Source of the DNA: Patescibacteria group bacterium
Lineage (GTDB): Bacteria; Patescibacteriota; Patescibacteriia; JBAZBY01
Length of the DNA stretch: 64,000 nt
Direction: 5' to 3'
Assembly: GCA_041671225.1 (NCBI GenBank)
Contig: JBAZBY010000001.1
Coordinates: 174,940 to 238,939, forward strand
Of the stretch, positions 20,578 through 30,005 are shown in pieces; within the stretch, counting starts at the first letter, position 1; every line of letters begins with the position of its first letter. The position numbers and the translations under genes are program-made. The notes beneath the pieces were generated by a model. That model was given only the letters and a program-made list of their open reading frames with translations, did no database searches and had not been told where the DNA came from.

Positions 20578-21832
20578 ACTCTACACATCATTAGAGAAAG
20601 AACTCTCCCGCCAGCGGGATGGTTTAGAGATGATCCCGTCTGAAAACTTCGTTTCTCCGGCAGTATTGGAAGCGCTCGGCTCTACGCTCACGAATAAATA
20701 TTCCGAAGGATTCCCCGGTAAACGATACTATGGCGGAAACGAGTTCATTGATGAGGTGGAAACGCTTGCGCAAGAACGCGCAAAAAAACTTTTTGGATTC
20801 AGCCATGCAAACGTGCAGCCATATTCTGGCTCGCCTGCAAACCAGGCGATCTGTTTTGCGCTGCTGGAACCTGGCGAGAAGCTCATGGGAATGAACTTGC
20901 TCTATGGCGGCCACCTCACGCACGGCTGGAAGGTGAACTTCTCGGGCGTATATTACAACGCGGTGCAATACCCCACGGGTAAGGATGGGTACCTTGATTA
21001 TGATGTCATAGAAAAAATGGCACTCGCGGAAAAGCCAAAATTACTTTTTGTGGGCGCAACGGCATACCCGCGTCTCTTTGATTTTGAGCGGCTTAGTAAA
21101 ATCGCAAAAAAAGTTGATGCCTTCCTCGTTGCCGATGTCTCGCACATCTCCGGGCTCATTGTTGCCGGTGCGCATCCCTCGCCAGCCGGTTATGCCGACG
21201 TGATGATGACCACCACGCACAAGACACTCCGCGGACCGCGCGGCGCCATCATCCTCACCAACGGCAATCCATCAACGCCACTGAAAGCTGTGGAACGCAC
21301 ACGGGAAAATCTGCCGACCCTTATTGACCGCGCCGTATTCCCGGGGCTGCAGGGCGGGCCGCACAACCACCAAACCGCCGCCATCGCCGTAGCACTCAAA
21401 GAAGCAGCAACGGAAGAATTCAAAGCATACGGAAAGCAGATCGTGAAGAATACGAAAGTACTTGAAGGCATCTTTGCGGAGAATGATATCGCCATGGTCA
21501 CGGGCGGTTCTGATAATCATCTGCTACTACTCGACCTCACAAATCTTGGCATCGGTGGTAAGGACGCAGAGAAGGCTTTGGAACGCGCAGGTATCACGGT
21601 GAATAAGAATGCAATTCCTTTTGACACGCGTAAACCGTATGACCCGTCCGGCATCCGGCTCGGCACGCCTGCGCTCACCACGCGCGGATTCACGGAAGCG
21701 GACATGCAAACCGTTGGTGAAATCTTTGTGCAGGTGCTTAAAAACCCGGAAGATGAAATCACTATCACAGAGGTGAAAAAGAAAGTCGCAGAACTCACAG
21801 CACAACATCCACTCTATTCTGATCTCGCATGA
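20549..21832 (+). CDS. glyA: Serine hydroxymethyltransferase
   Basis: PLP-binding TTTHKTLRGPRGA motif and overall SHMT similarity. Start at MQHLQQTDPELY. Confidence 0.95.
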   Translation: MQHLQQTDPELYTSLEKELSRQRDGLEMIPSENFVSPAVLEALGSTLTNKYSEGFPGKRYYGGNEFIDEVETLAQERAKKLFGFSHANVQPYSGSPANQAICFALLEPGEKLMGMNLLYGGHLTHGWKVNFSGVYYNAVQYPTGKDGYLDYDVIEKMALAEKPKLLFVGATAYPRLFDFERLSKIAKKVDAFLVADVSHISGLIVAGAHPSPAGYADVMMTTTHKTLRGPRGAIILTNGNPSTPLKAVERTRENLPTLIDRAVFPGLQGGPHNHQTAAIAVALKEAATEEFKAYGKQIVKNTKVLEGIFAENDIAMVTGGSDNHLLLLDLTNLGIGGKDAEKALERAGITVNKNAIPFDTRKPYDPSGIRLGTPALTTRGFTEADMQTVGEIFVQVLKNPEDEITITEVKKKVAELTAQHPLYSDLA

Positions 21833-22665
21833 ATCTTATTGATGGCAAAACACTTGCCGAAGAAATCCAACAGGATGTCAGAAAACGCATAGAAAAAGCT
21901 GGCATCACGCCCGGCCTTGCAATTATTCTGGTGGGCGATAATGAAGCGAGCAAACTCTACGTGCGCCTCAAGGAACGCGCGGCACATGCCGTGGGTATTG
22001 CCTGTCATACGTATCGCTTCAATGAAAACACCGCCGCGAATGAAATACTGACGGCAATTGATTTTTTGAACAAAGATGAAGATGTTCATGGCATTATCGT
22101 GCAGCTGCCACTTCCGCGCCATCTTTCTGAAGATGCCATTATCAAAGCAATGGACTTCCGCAAAGATGTTGATGGATTTCATCCCAAGAATGTCGAAGCG
22201 ATGCTGAAGGGGCTGAAGGTCCCGGAACCAACACTCATCAAAGCCATCTTGCGGTTACTCAAAAACGTGAAGGTGAATATCAAAGGAAAAAAAGTGGTTG
22301 TGCTGGCAAACTCACCGGTATTCCTGAATCCATTCATTCATCTGCTCACAAAAAAAGGTGCGGACGCAAGAGCATTCCGCAAAGGCGAACGCTTTGAGGC
22401 GGCACTCGCGGAGGCGGATATTCTTATTACCGCGTACGGCAAACCTGAAAGCATCACCGGACGTATGCTCAAAGAAGGCGTGACCATTATTGATGTGGGC
22501 ATTACAAAACTGGAAGACGGCAGCGTTGTTGGCGATGTGGATGTAGAAAGCCTCAAAGATAAAGCTGAGTGGATCACTCCTGTTCCCGGCGGCGTGGGGC
22601 CAGTGACGGTTGCCACGCTGCTGGAAAATACGCTGGAGAGTGCACTAAGGTTCAAAAATGAATAA
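21829..22665 (+). CDS. folD: Bifunctional methylenetetrahydrofolate dehydrogenase/cyclohydrolase
   Basis: MNLIDGKTLAEEIQ...ILVGDNEASKLYVRLK are the typical FolD N-terminal motifs; 4-nt overlap with glyA. Confidence 0.95.
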   Translation: MNLIDGKTLAEEIQQDVRKRIEKAGITPGLAIILVGDNEASKLYVRLKERAAHAVGIACHTYRFNENTAANEILTAIDFLNKDEDVHGIIVQLPLPRHLSEDAIIKAMDFRKDVDGFHPKNVEAMLKGLKVPEPTLIKAILRLLKNVKVNIKGKKVVVLANSPVFLNPFIHLLTKKGADARAFRKGERFEAALAEADILITAYGKPESITGRMLKEGVTIIDVGITKLEDGSVVGDVDVESLKDKAEWITPVPGGVGPVTVATLLENTLESALRFKNE

Positions 22666-23185
22666 ACATCCCAACGACTTCTACAAATTTTGCCCGAAGT
22701 GCGGGGGAGCGCTCAAAAAGATGCAGCACGACAGGCTGGAACGCCTCGTCTGTGGTACGTGTAATTTTATCTTCTATCAGAACCCCAAAGCGGCGGTCTG
22801 CGCGATCATTGAGAATGACCGGGGCGAGGTTCTCCTTGTAAAACGCGCCGAGGAACCACATAAGGGCATGTTGGATATTCCCGGCGGATTTGTGAACTTT
22901 GGCGAGGAGCCCCGTACTGCGCTGATACGAGAAATGGCAGAAGAACTGCACGTTGCGTTTACGCCACAACAATGCACCGGAACATATCATTGTTGGTATG
23001 AAGCGCAGGGCCTGAAAGAATCCATCGCCAATATCTACTATACCGGAACCATCATCGGCGAGCTGCGGCCGGACGATGACATTACCGATGCGCAATGGTT
23101 TCCGCTCACTTCGCTGCCAGATGATATTGCTGATGACCACATCCGCCGCGCACTGGAAGATTATAAAAAAGAGGAAAACCTATGA
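22658..23185 (+). CDS. NUDIX hydrolase with N-terminal CxxC..CxxC zinc ribbon
   Basis: CPKCGG...CGTC zinc ribbon followed by Nudix box GGFVNFGEEPRTALIREMAEELHV. Confidence 0.85.
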   Translation: MNKHPNDFYKFCPKCGGALKKMQHDRLERLVCGTCNFIFYQNPKAAVCAIIENDRGEVLLVKRAEEPHKGMLDIPGGFVNFGEEPRTALIREMAEELHVAFTPQQCTGTYHCWYEAQGLKESIANIYYTGTIIGELRPDDDITDAQWFPLTSLPDDIADDHIRRALEDYKKEENL

Positions 23186-24246
23186 GCTTCATGCTCGGCA
23201 TCGTCGGCCTTCCGAACGTGGGCAAATCCACGCTGTTTACCGCGCTCACAAAAAAGCAGGTGGACGTGGCGAATTATCCTTTTGCGACCATTGATCCGAA
23301 CGTGGGTGTGGTTTCCGTACCGGACGAACGGCTGAATGTGCTCACCCAGCTTTCCAAATCCAAAGAGACCATCCCTACGACAATAGAGTTCCGGGATATC
23401 GCAGGTCTGGTGAAAGGCGCGGCGCAGGGCGAGGGGCTTGGAAACAAATTCCTCTCGCACATCCGGGAAGTGGATGCCATTGTGCATGTAGTGCGGCACT
23501 TTGCAGACGACGACATCATCCACGTTGCAAACAAAGTGGATCCGGAAAGCGACAAAAGCATCATTGAAGCGGAACTCGCGCTGGCAGACCTGGAAACCGC
23601 CACGCAGCGGCTCAAGAAACTGCGCGGCGATGCAAAGGGCGGGCTTTCCAAGGACGACGAGAAGCTCCTGCCGCTGCTGGAAATGGTTGAGAAAGCTTTG
23701 GCGGCCGGCAGCCCTGCGCGCACGCTTGAGCTCACCGATGAAGAACATGCACTCATCCGCCCCTTAATGCTCCTCACCATGAAACCGGAACTCATTGTGG
23801 CGAATGTGGATGAAGACATGCTTGCAAAGGGCGCGTCCGTCCCCAACGCCATCACGCTTAATGCAAAGCTAGAAATGGAAATTGCTGCATTGCCACCGGA
23901 GGAGGCGCAAACATTCCTTGCAGAATACCACCTCAAACAATCTGGACTCGAACGGCTTATCGTAGAAAGTTATGCGCTTTTGAAACTTATCACCTTTTTT
24001 ACGACCGGAGAGAAAGAAACTCGCGCATGGACGGTGGAAGAAGGCGCAACCGCTCCACGGGCTGCCGGCCGCATCCATACGGACTTTGAAGAAGGCTTCA
24101 TCCGCGCGGAAGTCATCAGTTACGATGATTTTGTCACCTATAAAGGCGAGCTCGGCTGCCGTGAAGCGGGCAAGATGCGCATGGAAGGCAAAGAATACAT
24201 CATGCAAGACGGCGATATTGTGCATTTCCACTTCCAGACGCATTGA
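23182..24246 (+). CDS. ychF: Ribosome-binding ATPase YchF (Obg-family GTPase)
   Basis: GIVGLPNVGKSTLF P-loop, a central coiled-coil insert, and a C-terminal TGS domain (FIRAEVISYDDFV). Confidence 0.95.
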   Translation: MSFMLGIVGLPNVGKSTLFTALTKKQVDVANYPFATIDPNVGVVSVPDERLNVLTQLSKSKETIPTTIEFRDIAGLVKGAAQGEGLGNKFLSHIREVDAIVHVVRHFADDDIIHVANKVDPESDKSIIEAELALADLETATQRLKKLRGDAKGGLSKDDEKLLPLLEMVEKALAAGSPARTLELTDEEHALIRPLMLLTMKPELIVANVDEDMLAKGASVPNAITLNAKLEMEIAALPPEEAQTFLAEYHLKQSGLERLIVESYALLKLITFFTTGEKETRAWTVEEGATAPRAAGRIHTDFEEGFIRAEVISYDDFVTYKGELGCREAGKMRMEGKEYIMQDGDIVHFHFQTH

Positions 24247-24278
24247 CATCCAAAAGCGTCCGCAGCACGCGAGGGAAC

Positions 24279-25481
24279 CTACGACGGCACACTCTCAAGA
24301 ATGAGGATCTCCCGCGCAATGCGCTGCCCAGGCCGGGCATAAAGCAGACTGTTGCGCTTTGAAAGTACGGGGCGATATGTTGCCACCGCCTCTTTTGACA
24401 ATGGCTGATGAATGCGAAAACCATTCTCGAGCAGCAACTCATCAAGAAATGGATACAGCGCCGTATCACCCTTACCCTGAATCGCTGGAAAAACGAATAC
24501 AACGCGTCCGCCAGTCGGGAGGAGCTGTGCGAATGTTGTAAAAGCATTTCGATAAAGCTGCTGCAGCTTGTTAAAGAAATTCTCCTGCGCCCGCTCACCA
24601 AGCGCTTGGCGTTGCGGAGAACCAAGAAATGGCTCGGTGACGATCGCGTCAACCGTTGCGGGAAGATTCTTGCGCAAAAACGCCACATCAGATCGCATGA
24701 GACGCCACCGCATGGAACTCTCTTGCGCCTCAAGATTCTTCTCCGCGTCGCTGATTGCCTTCGCGCTGTTATCAGAACCAATGACATGAAGATTCATGTC
24801 CCGTGCTTCCGTGAGGACGGTTCCCGAACCGCAAAACGGATCAAGGATCGTGCTCCCCTCGCGCACACCAGCAAGATTCACCATAAGACGCGCAAGTTGC
24901 GGTGGCAGCATTCCTGACTTTGCATCAAGATGTGTACGTGCGCGATCGCGAGACGCAAATGCTTCAAAATGCTGCACGGTCTTGGTAACGGCAATCGTGT
25001 ACCCCTTGGGACCTTTAAGCACCATGAACTCCGTGCCGCTACCCAAAAGATCATTCTTGACCACTGCGGCACTTGAAAGCGCGGCATCCTTTGAGACGAC
25101 ATAACGAGCCTTGTAGCCATCTGCAATGAGCTCCTTCTTGCGCTGCATGCCGAGCTTGCGGAGCGTGGTGCCGAATGCTTTCTCCTCAGGATACCCAGAA
25201 AAAGCAAACTCCATGCGCGGGTCTGCTTCGACGTGCGCATAGATCAACGCCAGCGAGAGTACCTGCTCAAGGTCTGCACCTTCGGCAATGACCTGCCCTA
25301 TCTTCACGGTGCCGGCAAGCTGGCGCTGTAAGGCACCGATCTGTTGTTCTGGTATATCAGCTTCTACCCAGCCCGGAGCATACACAAACGCGTCGGTCGG
25401 CAGGTGCTGCGTCTCCGCAACAGCAACAAGCTCTGCGGCGGAAAGTGCGGGCATTCGCCCAAAAAGGAATATGTATCGCAT
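24279..25481 (-). CDS. Putative RNA methyltransferase (class I SAM MTase, N2-guanine/N6-adenine type; Trm11/TrmN- or RlmL-like)
   Basis: SAM motif I DPFCGSGT and motif IV-like TEPFLG, preceded by a ~180-aa N-terminal (THUMP-like?) domain. Confidence 0.65.
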   Translation of the reverse strand: MRYIFLFGRMPALSAAELVAVAETQHLPTDAFVYAPGWVEADIPEQQIGALQRQLAGTVKIGQVIAEGADLEQVLSLALIYAHVEADPRMEFAFSGYPEEKAFGTTLRKLGMQRKKELIADGYKARYVVSKDAALSSAAVVKNDLLGSGTEFMVLKGPKGYTIAVTKTVQHFEAFASRDRARTHLDAKSGMLPPQLARLMVNLAGVREGSTILDPFCGSGTVLTEARDMNLHVIGSDNSAKAISDAEKNLEAQESSMRWRLMRSDVAFLRKNLPATVDAIVTEPFLGSPQRQALGERAQENFFNKLQQLYRNAFTTFAQLLPTGGRVVFVFPAIQGKGDTALYPFLDELLLENGFRIHQPLSKEAVATYRPVLSKRNSLLYARPGQRIAREILILESVPS

Positions 25482-25555
25482 AGAGTATCCATCCTAGCAT
25501 AGCCCTTGCATAAAAGAGAACCCTGTGATAACCTCTGTGAGCTTAATAACTTATC

Positions 25556-25686
25556 TGCATCGCTACTCCCCCGCCAAAGGCGGGCAGAGAGTAGCGCTTC
25601 CCGCCAGTCGGGACTGTCCAGCTGCAGCGCATTTCCCCGCTTTTTGTGGGTAGACGACGCAGCTGGAAACAGCTGTTTTTTCTTCT
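25556..25686 (+). promoter_or_regulatory. Structured rpsF leader ending in a CAGCTG-GAAA-CAGCTG hairpin plus T7 directly before the SD-less rpsF ATG; candidate S6:S18-binding leader/attenuator
   Basis: Nested helices (GCTACTC..GAGTAGC enclosing CCCGCC-AAA-GGCGGG; CCAGCTGC..GCAGCTGG) and the terminator-like hairpin plus U-tract, all read from the sequence. Confidence 0.35.
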
Positions 25687-26181
25687 ATGACCCAAACATA
25701 CGAAATGCTCTATATCATCCCTCAAGATATTACCGAGGAGAAAGTCCCCGAGGTAACAAATAAGATGGGTGAATTACTCCAGCGTCACGGCGCGCATATT
25801 ACCCGCGAAGAAACCTGGGGGCGACGCAAATTTGCGTACGCAATCAAAAATCAGAAGTACGGCACCTACCAGCTTCTCTACTTCACGCTGGAAAGTGAAA
25901 AACTCCCAAAACTTGAAAAAGAGCTCCAGTTGCAGCAGGAAGTGTTGCGCTCTCTTATTGTGAAGTACCGCGAACGCACCGCAAAGGAAATTGAAGACCA
26001 CGAGCAGCATCTTGCAAAAATGTCAGAGAAGAACAAGCAACGCGAAGCAGAAAAAGAGGCTATAGCACATCCAGAAAAAAGCGCACAACCTGCGTTGGAA
26101 GAAGTATCCGGACCTGTTGATGCGGCTGAGCTCGAGAAAAAACTCAACGAACTTCTCGACGATAAAGTATCTGATCAATAA
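25687..26181 (+). CDS. rpsF: 30S ribosomal protein S6 (with charged C-terminal extension)
   Basis: MLYIIPQDITEEKV...WGRRKFAYAIKNQKYGTYQLLYF matches the S6 fold; the operon is rpsF-ssb-rpsR. Confidence 0.93.
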   Translation: MTQTYEMLYIIPQDITEEKVPEVTNKMGELLQRHGAHITREETWGRRKFAYAIKNQKYGTYQLLYFTLESEKLPKLEKELQLQQEVLRSLIVKYRERTAKEIEDHEQHLAKMSEKNKQREAEKEAIAHPEKSAQPALEEVSGPVDAAELEKKLNELLDDKVSDQ

Positions 26182-26192
26182 CACCCATACAT

Positions 26193-26648
26193 ATGGATCT
26201 CAACAAAGCAATGATCATCGGGAATGTGACCCGCGACCCAGAATCCCGCAACACGCCAAGCGGCCAAACTGTCTGTTCATTCAGTATCGCAACGAACCGC
26301 AAATGGCGCGACAAACAGACAAACGAATTACAATCTCAGCCTGAATTCCATAATATCGTCGCATGGGCGCGTCTCGCTGAGACCTGTTCACAATACCTCA
26401 AAAAGGGCAGCCGCGTGTACCTGGAAGGTCGTCTGCAGACTCGCTCATGGGAAGACCAAACCGGGGTAAAAAAATATCGTACAGAAATTGTTGCTGACAA
26501 TATGATCATGTTGGATCGCAAAGGCGATGCGCCCGCAACCGGCGGCATAGCAAAGAACCCTGCCCCAGACTCTGATTCAGGGGACGGCGCACAACCTGAA
26601 CCGCCAAAGGAAGAAGAGGAAATCCAAGTTGAAGATATCCCATTCTAA
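26193..26648 (+). CDS. ssb: Single-stranded DNA-binding protein
   Basis: OB-fold N-terminus (MIIGNVTRDPE...) and acidic C-terminal tail ending DIPF. Confidence 0.93.
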   Translation: MDLNKAMIIGNVTRDPESRNTPSGQTVCSFSIATNRKWRDKQTNELQSQPEFHNIVAWARLAETCSQYLKKGSRVYLEGRLQTRSWEDQTGVKKYRTEIVADNMIMLDRKGDAPATGGIAKNPAPDSDSGDGAQPEPPKEEEEIQVEDIPF

Positions 26649-26650
26649 TT

Positions 26651-26929
26651 ATGAAACCCACATCGAATCGTCCATACAATAAAACGTCCCAGCGTAATAA
26701 TCCGCGCAATCCTCAGAAAACAACGCAGAGCGTCAATCTGCAATCCCTTATCGAATCGCAGATCGACATCGACTACAAAAATATCGATCTTTTGCGTCGC
26801 TTTACAACGGGCTACGCAAAGGTCGTCCCGCGTCGCCGCAGTGGCATCCAAATGCACCAACAACGCAAAATTGCTCAGGCAATCAAACGCGCGCGTTACA
26901 TGGGACTTCTTCCCTACGAAAACCGCTAG
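26651..26929 (+). CDS. rpsR: 30S ribosomal protein S18
   Basis: IDYKNIDLLRRFTTGYAKVVPRRRSGIQMHQQRKIAQAIKRARYMGLLPY matches S18. Confidence 0.93.
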   Translation: MKPTSNRPYNKTSQRNNPRNPQKTTQSVNLQSLIESQIDIDYKNIDLLRRFTTGYAKVVPRRRSGIQMHQQRKIAQAIKRARYMGLLPYENR

Positions 26930-26935
26930 ACCAAT

Positions 26936-27502
26936 ATGTCATCAATGAATGATCTCAAAATAGGGAGCGTGCTTCTGTATGAAGATGAACCCTATACCGT
27001 ACTCTCGACGCAACACGTACAGATGGGACGCGGAAGCGCCATTCTTCGTACAAAAATGAAGAACCTCATCACTGGTAATGTGCTCGAACGCACGTTTAAG
27101 CATGGCGATAAATTCGGCGACGCTGAACTGCTTCACGTCAAAGCGACCTACCTCTACAGTGACGACAGCAACGCATACTTCATGGACAGCGAAACATTCG
27201 ACCAGTTCCCTATTGGTATCGATGTCATCGGTGATCGTACCAACTTTCTCAAAGAAGGACAGGAAGTGGACTCGCTACAGTTCAATGGCAAGGCGGTGAA
27301 TATAGAACTTGCGGCAAAGGTGGAGCTTATTGTGACGGAGACGGTTGACGCCGTCCGCGGGGACAGCGCGCAGGGTAAGGTGACGAAGGATGCAACGCTA
27401 GAAAATGGCCACACTATTCGTGTGCCATTGTTCATCAAACAAGGTGACAAAATTCGCATCAACACCGACACAGGCGAATATGTCGAACGGGTAACTGAGT
27501 AA
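26936..27502 (+). CDS. efp: Elongation factor P
   Basis: 188 aa; KIGSVLLYEDEPYTVL and GRGSAILRTKMKNLITG are typical EF-P domain I motifs. Confidence 0.93.
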   Translation: MSSMNDLKIGSVLLYEDEPYTVLSTQHVQMGRGSAILRTKMKNLITGNVLERTFKHGDKFGDAELLHVKATYLYSDDSNAYFMDSETFDQFPIGIDVIGDRTNFLKEGQEVDSLQFNGKAVNIELAAKVELIVTETVDAVRGDSAQGKVTKDATLENGHTIRVPLFIKQGDKIRINTDTGEYVERVTE

Positions 27503-27525
27503 TACGCGTAAGGCGCTTACGACAT

Positions 27526-28128
27526 ATGCATAGCGCAATCAATTACAAAAGAACCATCTTCCACGTCTGCGGGGGCATGTTTGGTATGTTGGTTGCGCTG
27601 ACGTTTCCCTTCCCGGAAATCCTTGTCATTTCAAGCACCTTTTTTGGAATTGCGTTGATCATTGAAGTGATGCGCAATCGCAGCCTTTCTTTTCATGATG
27701 AATTCGTGAGTAAGTTCGGGATGCTCATGAAGCCGACCGAGCGGGGTACCGTACTCGGATTCACCTGGACCGTCGGCGCGACGTTGCTCCTCTCATTCTT
27801 GCAGGACTTCCGCCCAATGGCCGTTGGTATGCTTGTGTGGACCTTTGCAGACCCTATGGCGATGCTTGCAGGACGTTTGCTCCCGAACACAAGGCGTCTT
27901 GCCGAGGGAAAAACGCTTGAGGGAACGATTGCCTTCTTCCTCACTGCAACACTCGTTGCGGCATTATTCCTGATCACCGTAACAACAAAACATCCTGTCT
28001 ACGTCATGGCGCCGGTCATTGGCGCTGCAGGAGCCTTTGTAGAACTCATCTCACGTCAAATCAAGATCGATGATAACTTCTCGATCCCACTTGTGGCAGG
28101 GCTTGTCACCTACTTCTTGGTGATCTAG
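27526..28128 (+). CDS. CTP-transferase family membrane protein (CdsA/dolichol-kinase-like)
   Basis: About 6 TM segments; C-terminal motif [15 protein letters not shown] is characteristic of the CdsA/DolK family. Confidence 0.6.
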   Translation: MHSAINYKRTIFHVCGGMFGMLVALTFPFPEILVISSTFFGIALIIEVMRNRSLSFHDEFVSKFGMLMKPTERGTVLGFTWTVGATLLLSFLQDFRPMAVGMLVWTFADPMAMLAGRLLPNTRRLAEGKTLEGTIAFFLTATLVAALFLITVTTKHPVYVMAPVIGAAGAFVELISRQIKIDDNFSIPLVAGLVTYFLVI

Positions 28129-29174
28129 CCTTCCTTCGGTTCGTCGGCCTTCGGGTTATCTTCCTTGGCGATGCTTTCTTTTACGGCGATGAGTACTCCC
28201 GCCCGAAGATTCTTCAATAACTCCTTGTTACCGCGCAAGGTATCTTTTGCTGCCTCGCGGCCAACGCCGAGCCGTTGTTCACCAAAGGAATAGGTATTCC
28301 CGTTCTTCTGAATCACGCCATACTGCACGCCTGTATCAAGCATATCGCCGGCAATGGAAATACCTTCATTATACATGATGTCGAATTCCGTACGCTTGAA
28401 TGGTGCGGCAACTTTGTTCTTCACGACCTTTGCTTTCACGCGGTTCCCAATGATGCGTTCACCTTGCTTGATCTGTGCGGCGCGACGAACCTCGATACGA
28501 ACAGAAGCATAGAACTTCAGTGCGGTACCGCCGGTGGTTGTTTCTGGATTCCCATAAAACACCCCTATCTTGAGACGTATTTGATTGATGAAAATCACAA
28601 CAGTGCGCGATTTTGCAACAACACCTGCAAGTTTGCGCAGCGCCTGACTCATGAGTCGTGCTTGCAAACCGACATGATGATCTCCCATCTCGCCTTCGAT
28701 CTCCGCCTTGGGCGTGAGTGCGGCAACAGAATCAACCACAATGACATCAAATGAATTCGAGCGTACGAGCGTTTCCAAAATCTCCAATGCCTGCTCCCCA
28801 TTATCCGGCTGAGAGATATAGAGTGAATTGATATCCACGCCGATCTTCTTCGCATACTCTGGGTCCAGGGCATGTTCGGCATCAATGAATGCCGCGGTGC
28901 CTCCCAATTGCTGTGCGGACGAAACGATATGCTGCGCAAGGGTTGTCTTGCCTGATGCCTCTGGGCCATAAATCTCGGCAATGCGCCCGCGTGGCATCCC
29001 CATCACCCCAAGGGCAATATCAAGCGAGAGGCATTGTGTGGGGATAGTTTCCACCTCCATCTGTTTTGCCTCCCCCATTCGCATAATGGAACCTTCGCCA
29101 AAACGCTCCTGAATCTGCTGGATTGCAGCGAGTGCTTCGCTTTTTTCTTTGTTTACTTTCGATTTTGCAGTCAT
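28125..29174 (-). CDS. recA: Recombinase A
   Basis: [16 protein letters not shown] Walker A and overall RecA sequence. Start taken at MTAKSK (29174). Confidence 0.95.
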   Translation of the reverse strand: MTAKSKVNKEKSEALAAIQQIQERFGEGSIMRMGEAKQMEVETIPTQCLSLDIALGVMGMPRGRIAEIYGPEASGKTTLAQHIVSSAQQLGGTAAFIDAEHALDPEYAKKIGVDINSLYISQPDNGEQALEILETLVRSNSFDVIVVDSVAALTPKAEIEGEMGDHHVGLQARLMSQALRKLAGVVAKSRTVVIFINQIRLKIGVFYGNPETTTGGTALKFYASVRIEVRRAAQIKQGERIIGNRVKAKVVKNKVAAPFKRTEFDIMYNEGISIAGDMLDTGVQYGVIQKNGNTYSFGEQRLGVGREAAKDTLRGNKELLKNLRAGVLIAVKESIAKEDNPKADEPKEG

Positions 29175-29248
29175 AAAATTCCTTTCGACCGCCACGTATA
29201 TATGGGTCTTGCCTGAGTAGCTTACTATAGGCACTAGACCTATGCAAG

Positions 29249-29938
29249 TTAGGGCGCTAGCGCCTCCTCCACAAACACCAAACGCTGATCAACGGCAGTG
29301 GTGCTCCGCCCACGTTTTGCGGTAATGCGTATGGTATTCAATCCCTCACGAAGGTTTACGCGCTCACGGAATACCCCTTCGCGATCGACCGGAATCTCTT
29401 GGTCATTCACCCGAACCTCTGCCTCTGGTTCGCTTTTGCCTTCAACTAAGATACTCCGTTCCGTTGTTGTGATGTTATTTTGTGGACTACTCACCAGCAA
29501 TTCCGGTGCCTGAAATACCTGCTGTAACTGCCAGACAAGATATGCCGCAACGGCTAATGTTGCAATGCTAAAAAGGACAATGCGCACAATGCGCGGGGAA
29601 AGAGAAAAACCTTCGCGCACTGCTTGTGGTGGAATGACCTCCCCCATGCCGCCTTCACGCGTACCCGCAACAATACTTCGTTCACGCTCGTACCATGTAA
29701 GAACGCGTTGTGTATCAACATGCAACGCTGGCGCAATTTTTCTAAGAAAATTTTTCACATACACATCCCCAGGAAGTGACGCATAATCACCAGCTTCGAG
29801 TGCTTTAAGGTGCTTCGCGGAAATGACAAGAGACGCCGCAAGCTGTTCCAGCGTTATTCCTTCTTCCTCTCGTAATTCACGAAGCCGTTCACCGAGTAAC
29901 TTGCTCCCTTCTAATTTCCTCCGAGAGAATGTACTCAT
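29249..29938 (-). CDS. HTH (XRE-type) domain membrane protein, RodZ-like
   Basis: N-terminal Cro/C1-type HTH ([26 protein letters not shown]), one TM ([17 protein letters not shown]) and a C-terminal extracytoplasmic domain. Confidence 0.55.
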   Translation of the reverse strand: MSTFSRRKLEGSKLLGERLRELREEEGITLEQLAASLVISAKHLKALEAGDYASLPGDVYVKNFLRKIAPALHVDTQRVLTWYERERSIVAGTREGGMGEVIPPQAVREGFSLSPRIVRIVLFSIATLAVAAYLVWQLQQVFQAPELLVSSPQNNITTTERSILVEGKSEPEAEVRVNDQEIPVDREGVFRERVNLREGLNTIRITAKRGRSTTAVDQRLVFVEEALAP

Positions 29939-30005
29939 AGAATATTAGAGGTTCGCATGAGCCTGCCCGACGAAGCCCTGAGGCTGCTGAAGGGCAAAGG
30001 CGGGG

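Noticed and set aside
27526-28128. Calling the 200-aa membrane protein phosphatidate cytidylyltransferase (CdsA) specifically
   Set aside because: Only the generic C-terminal CTP-transferase motif is recognisable, and the protein is shorter than CdsA. Kept at family level.
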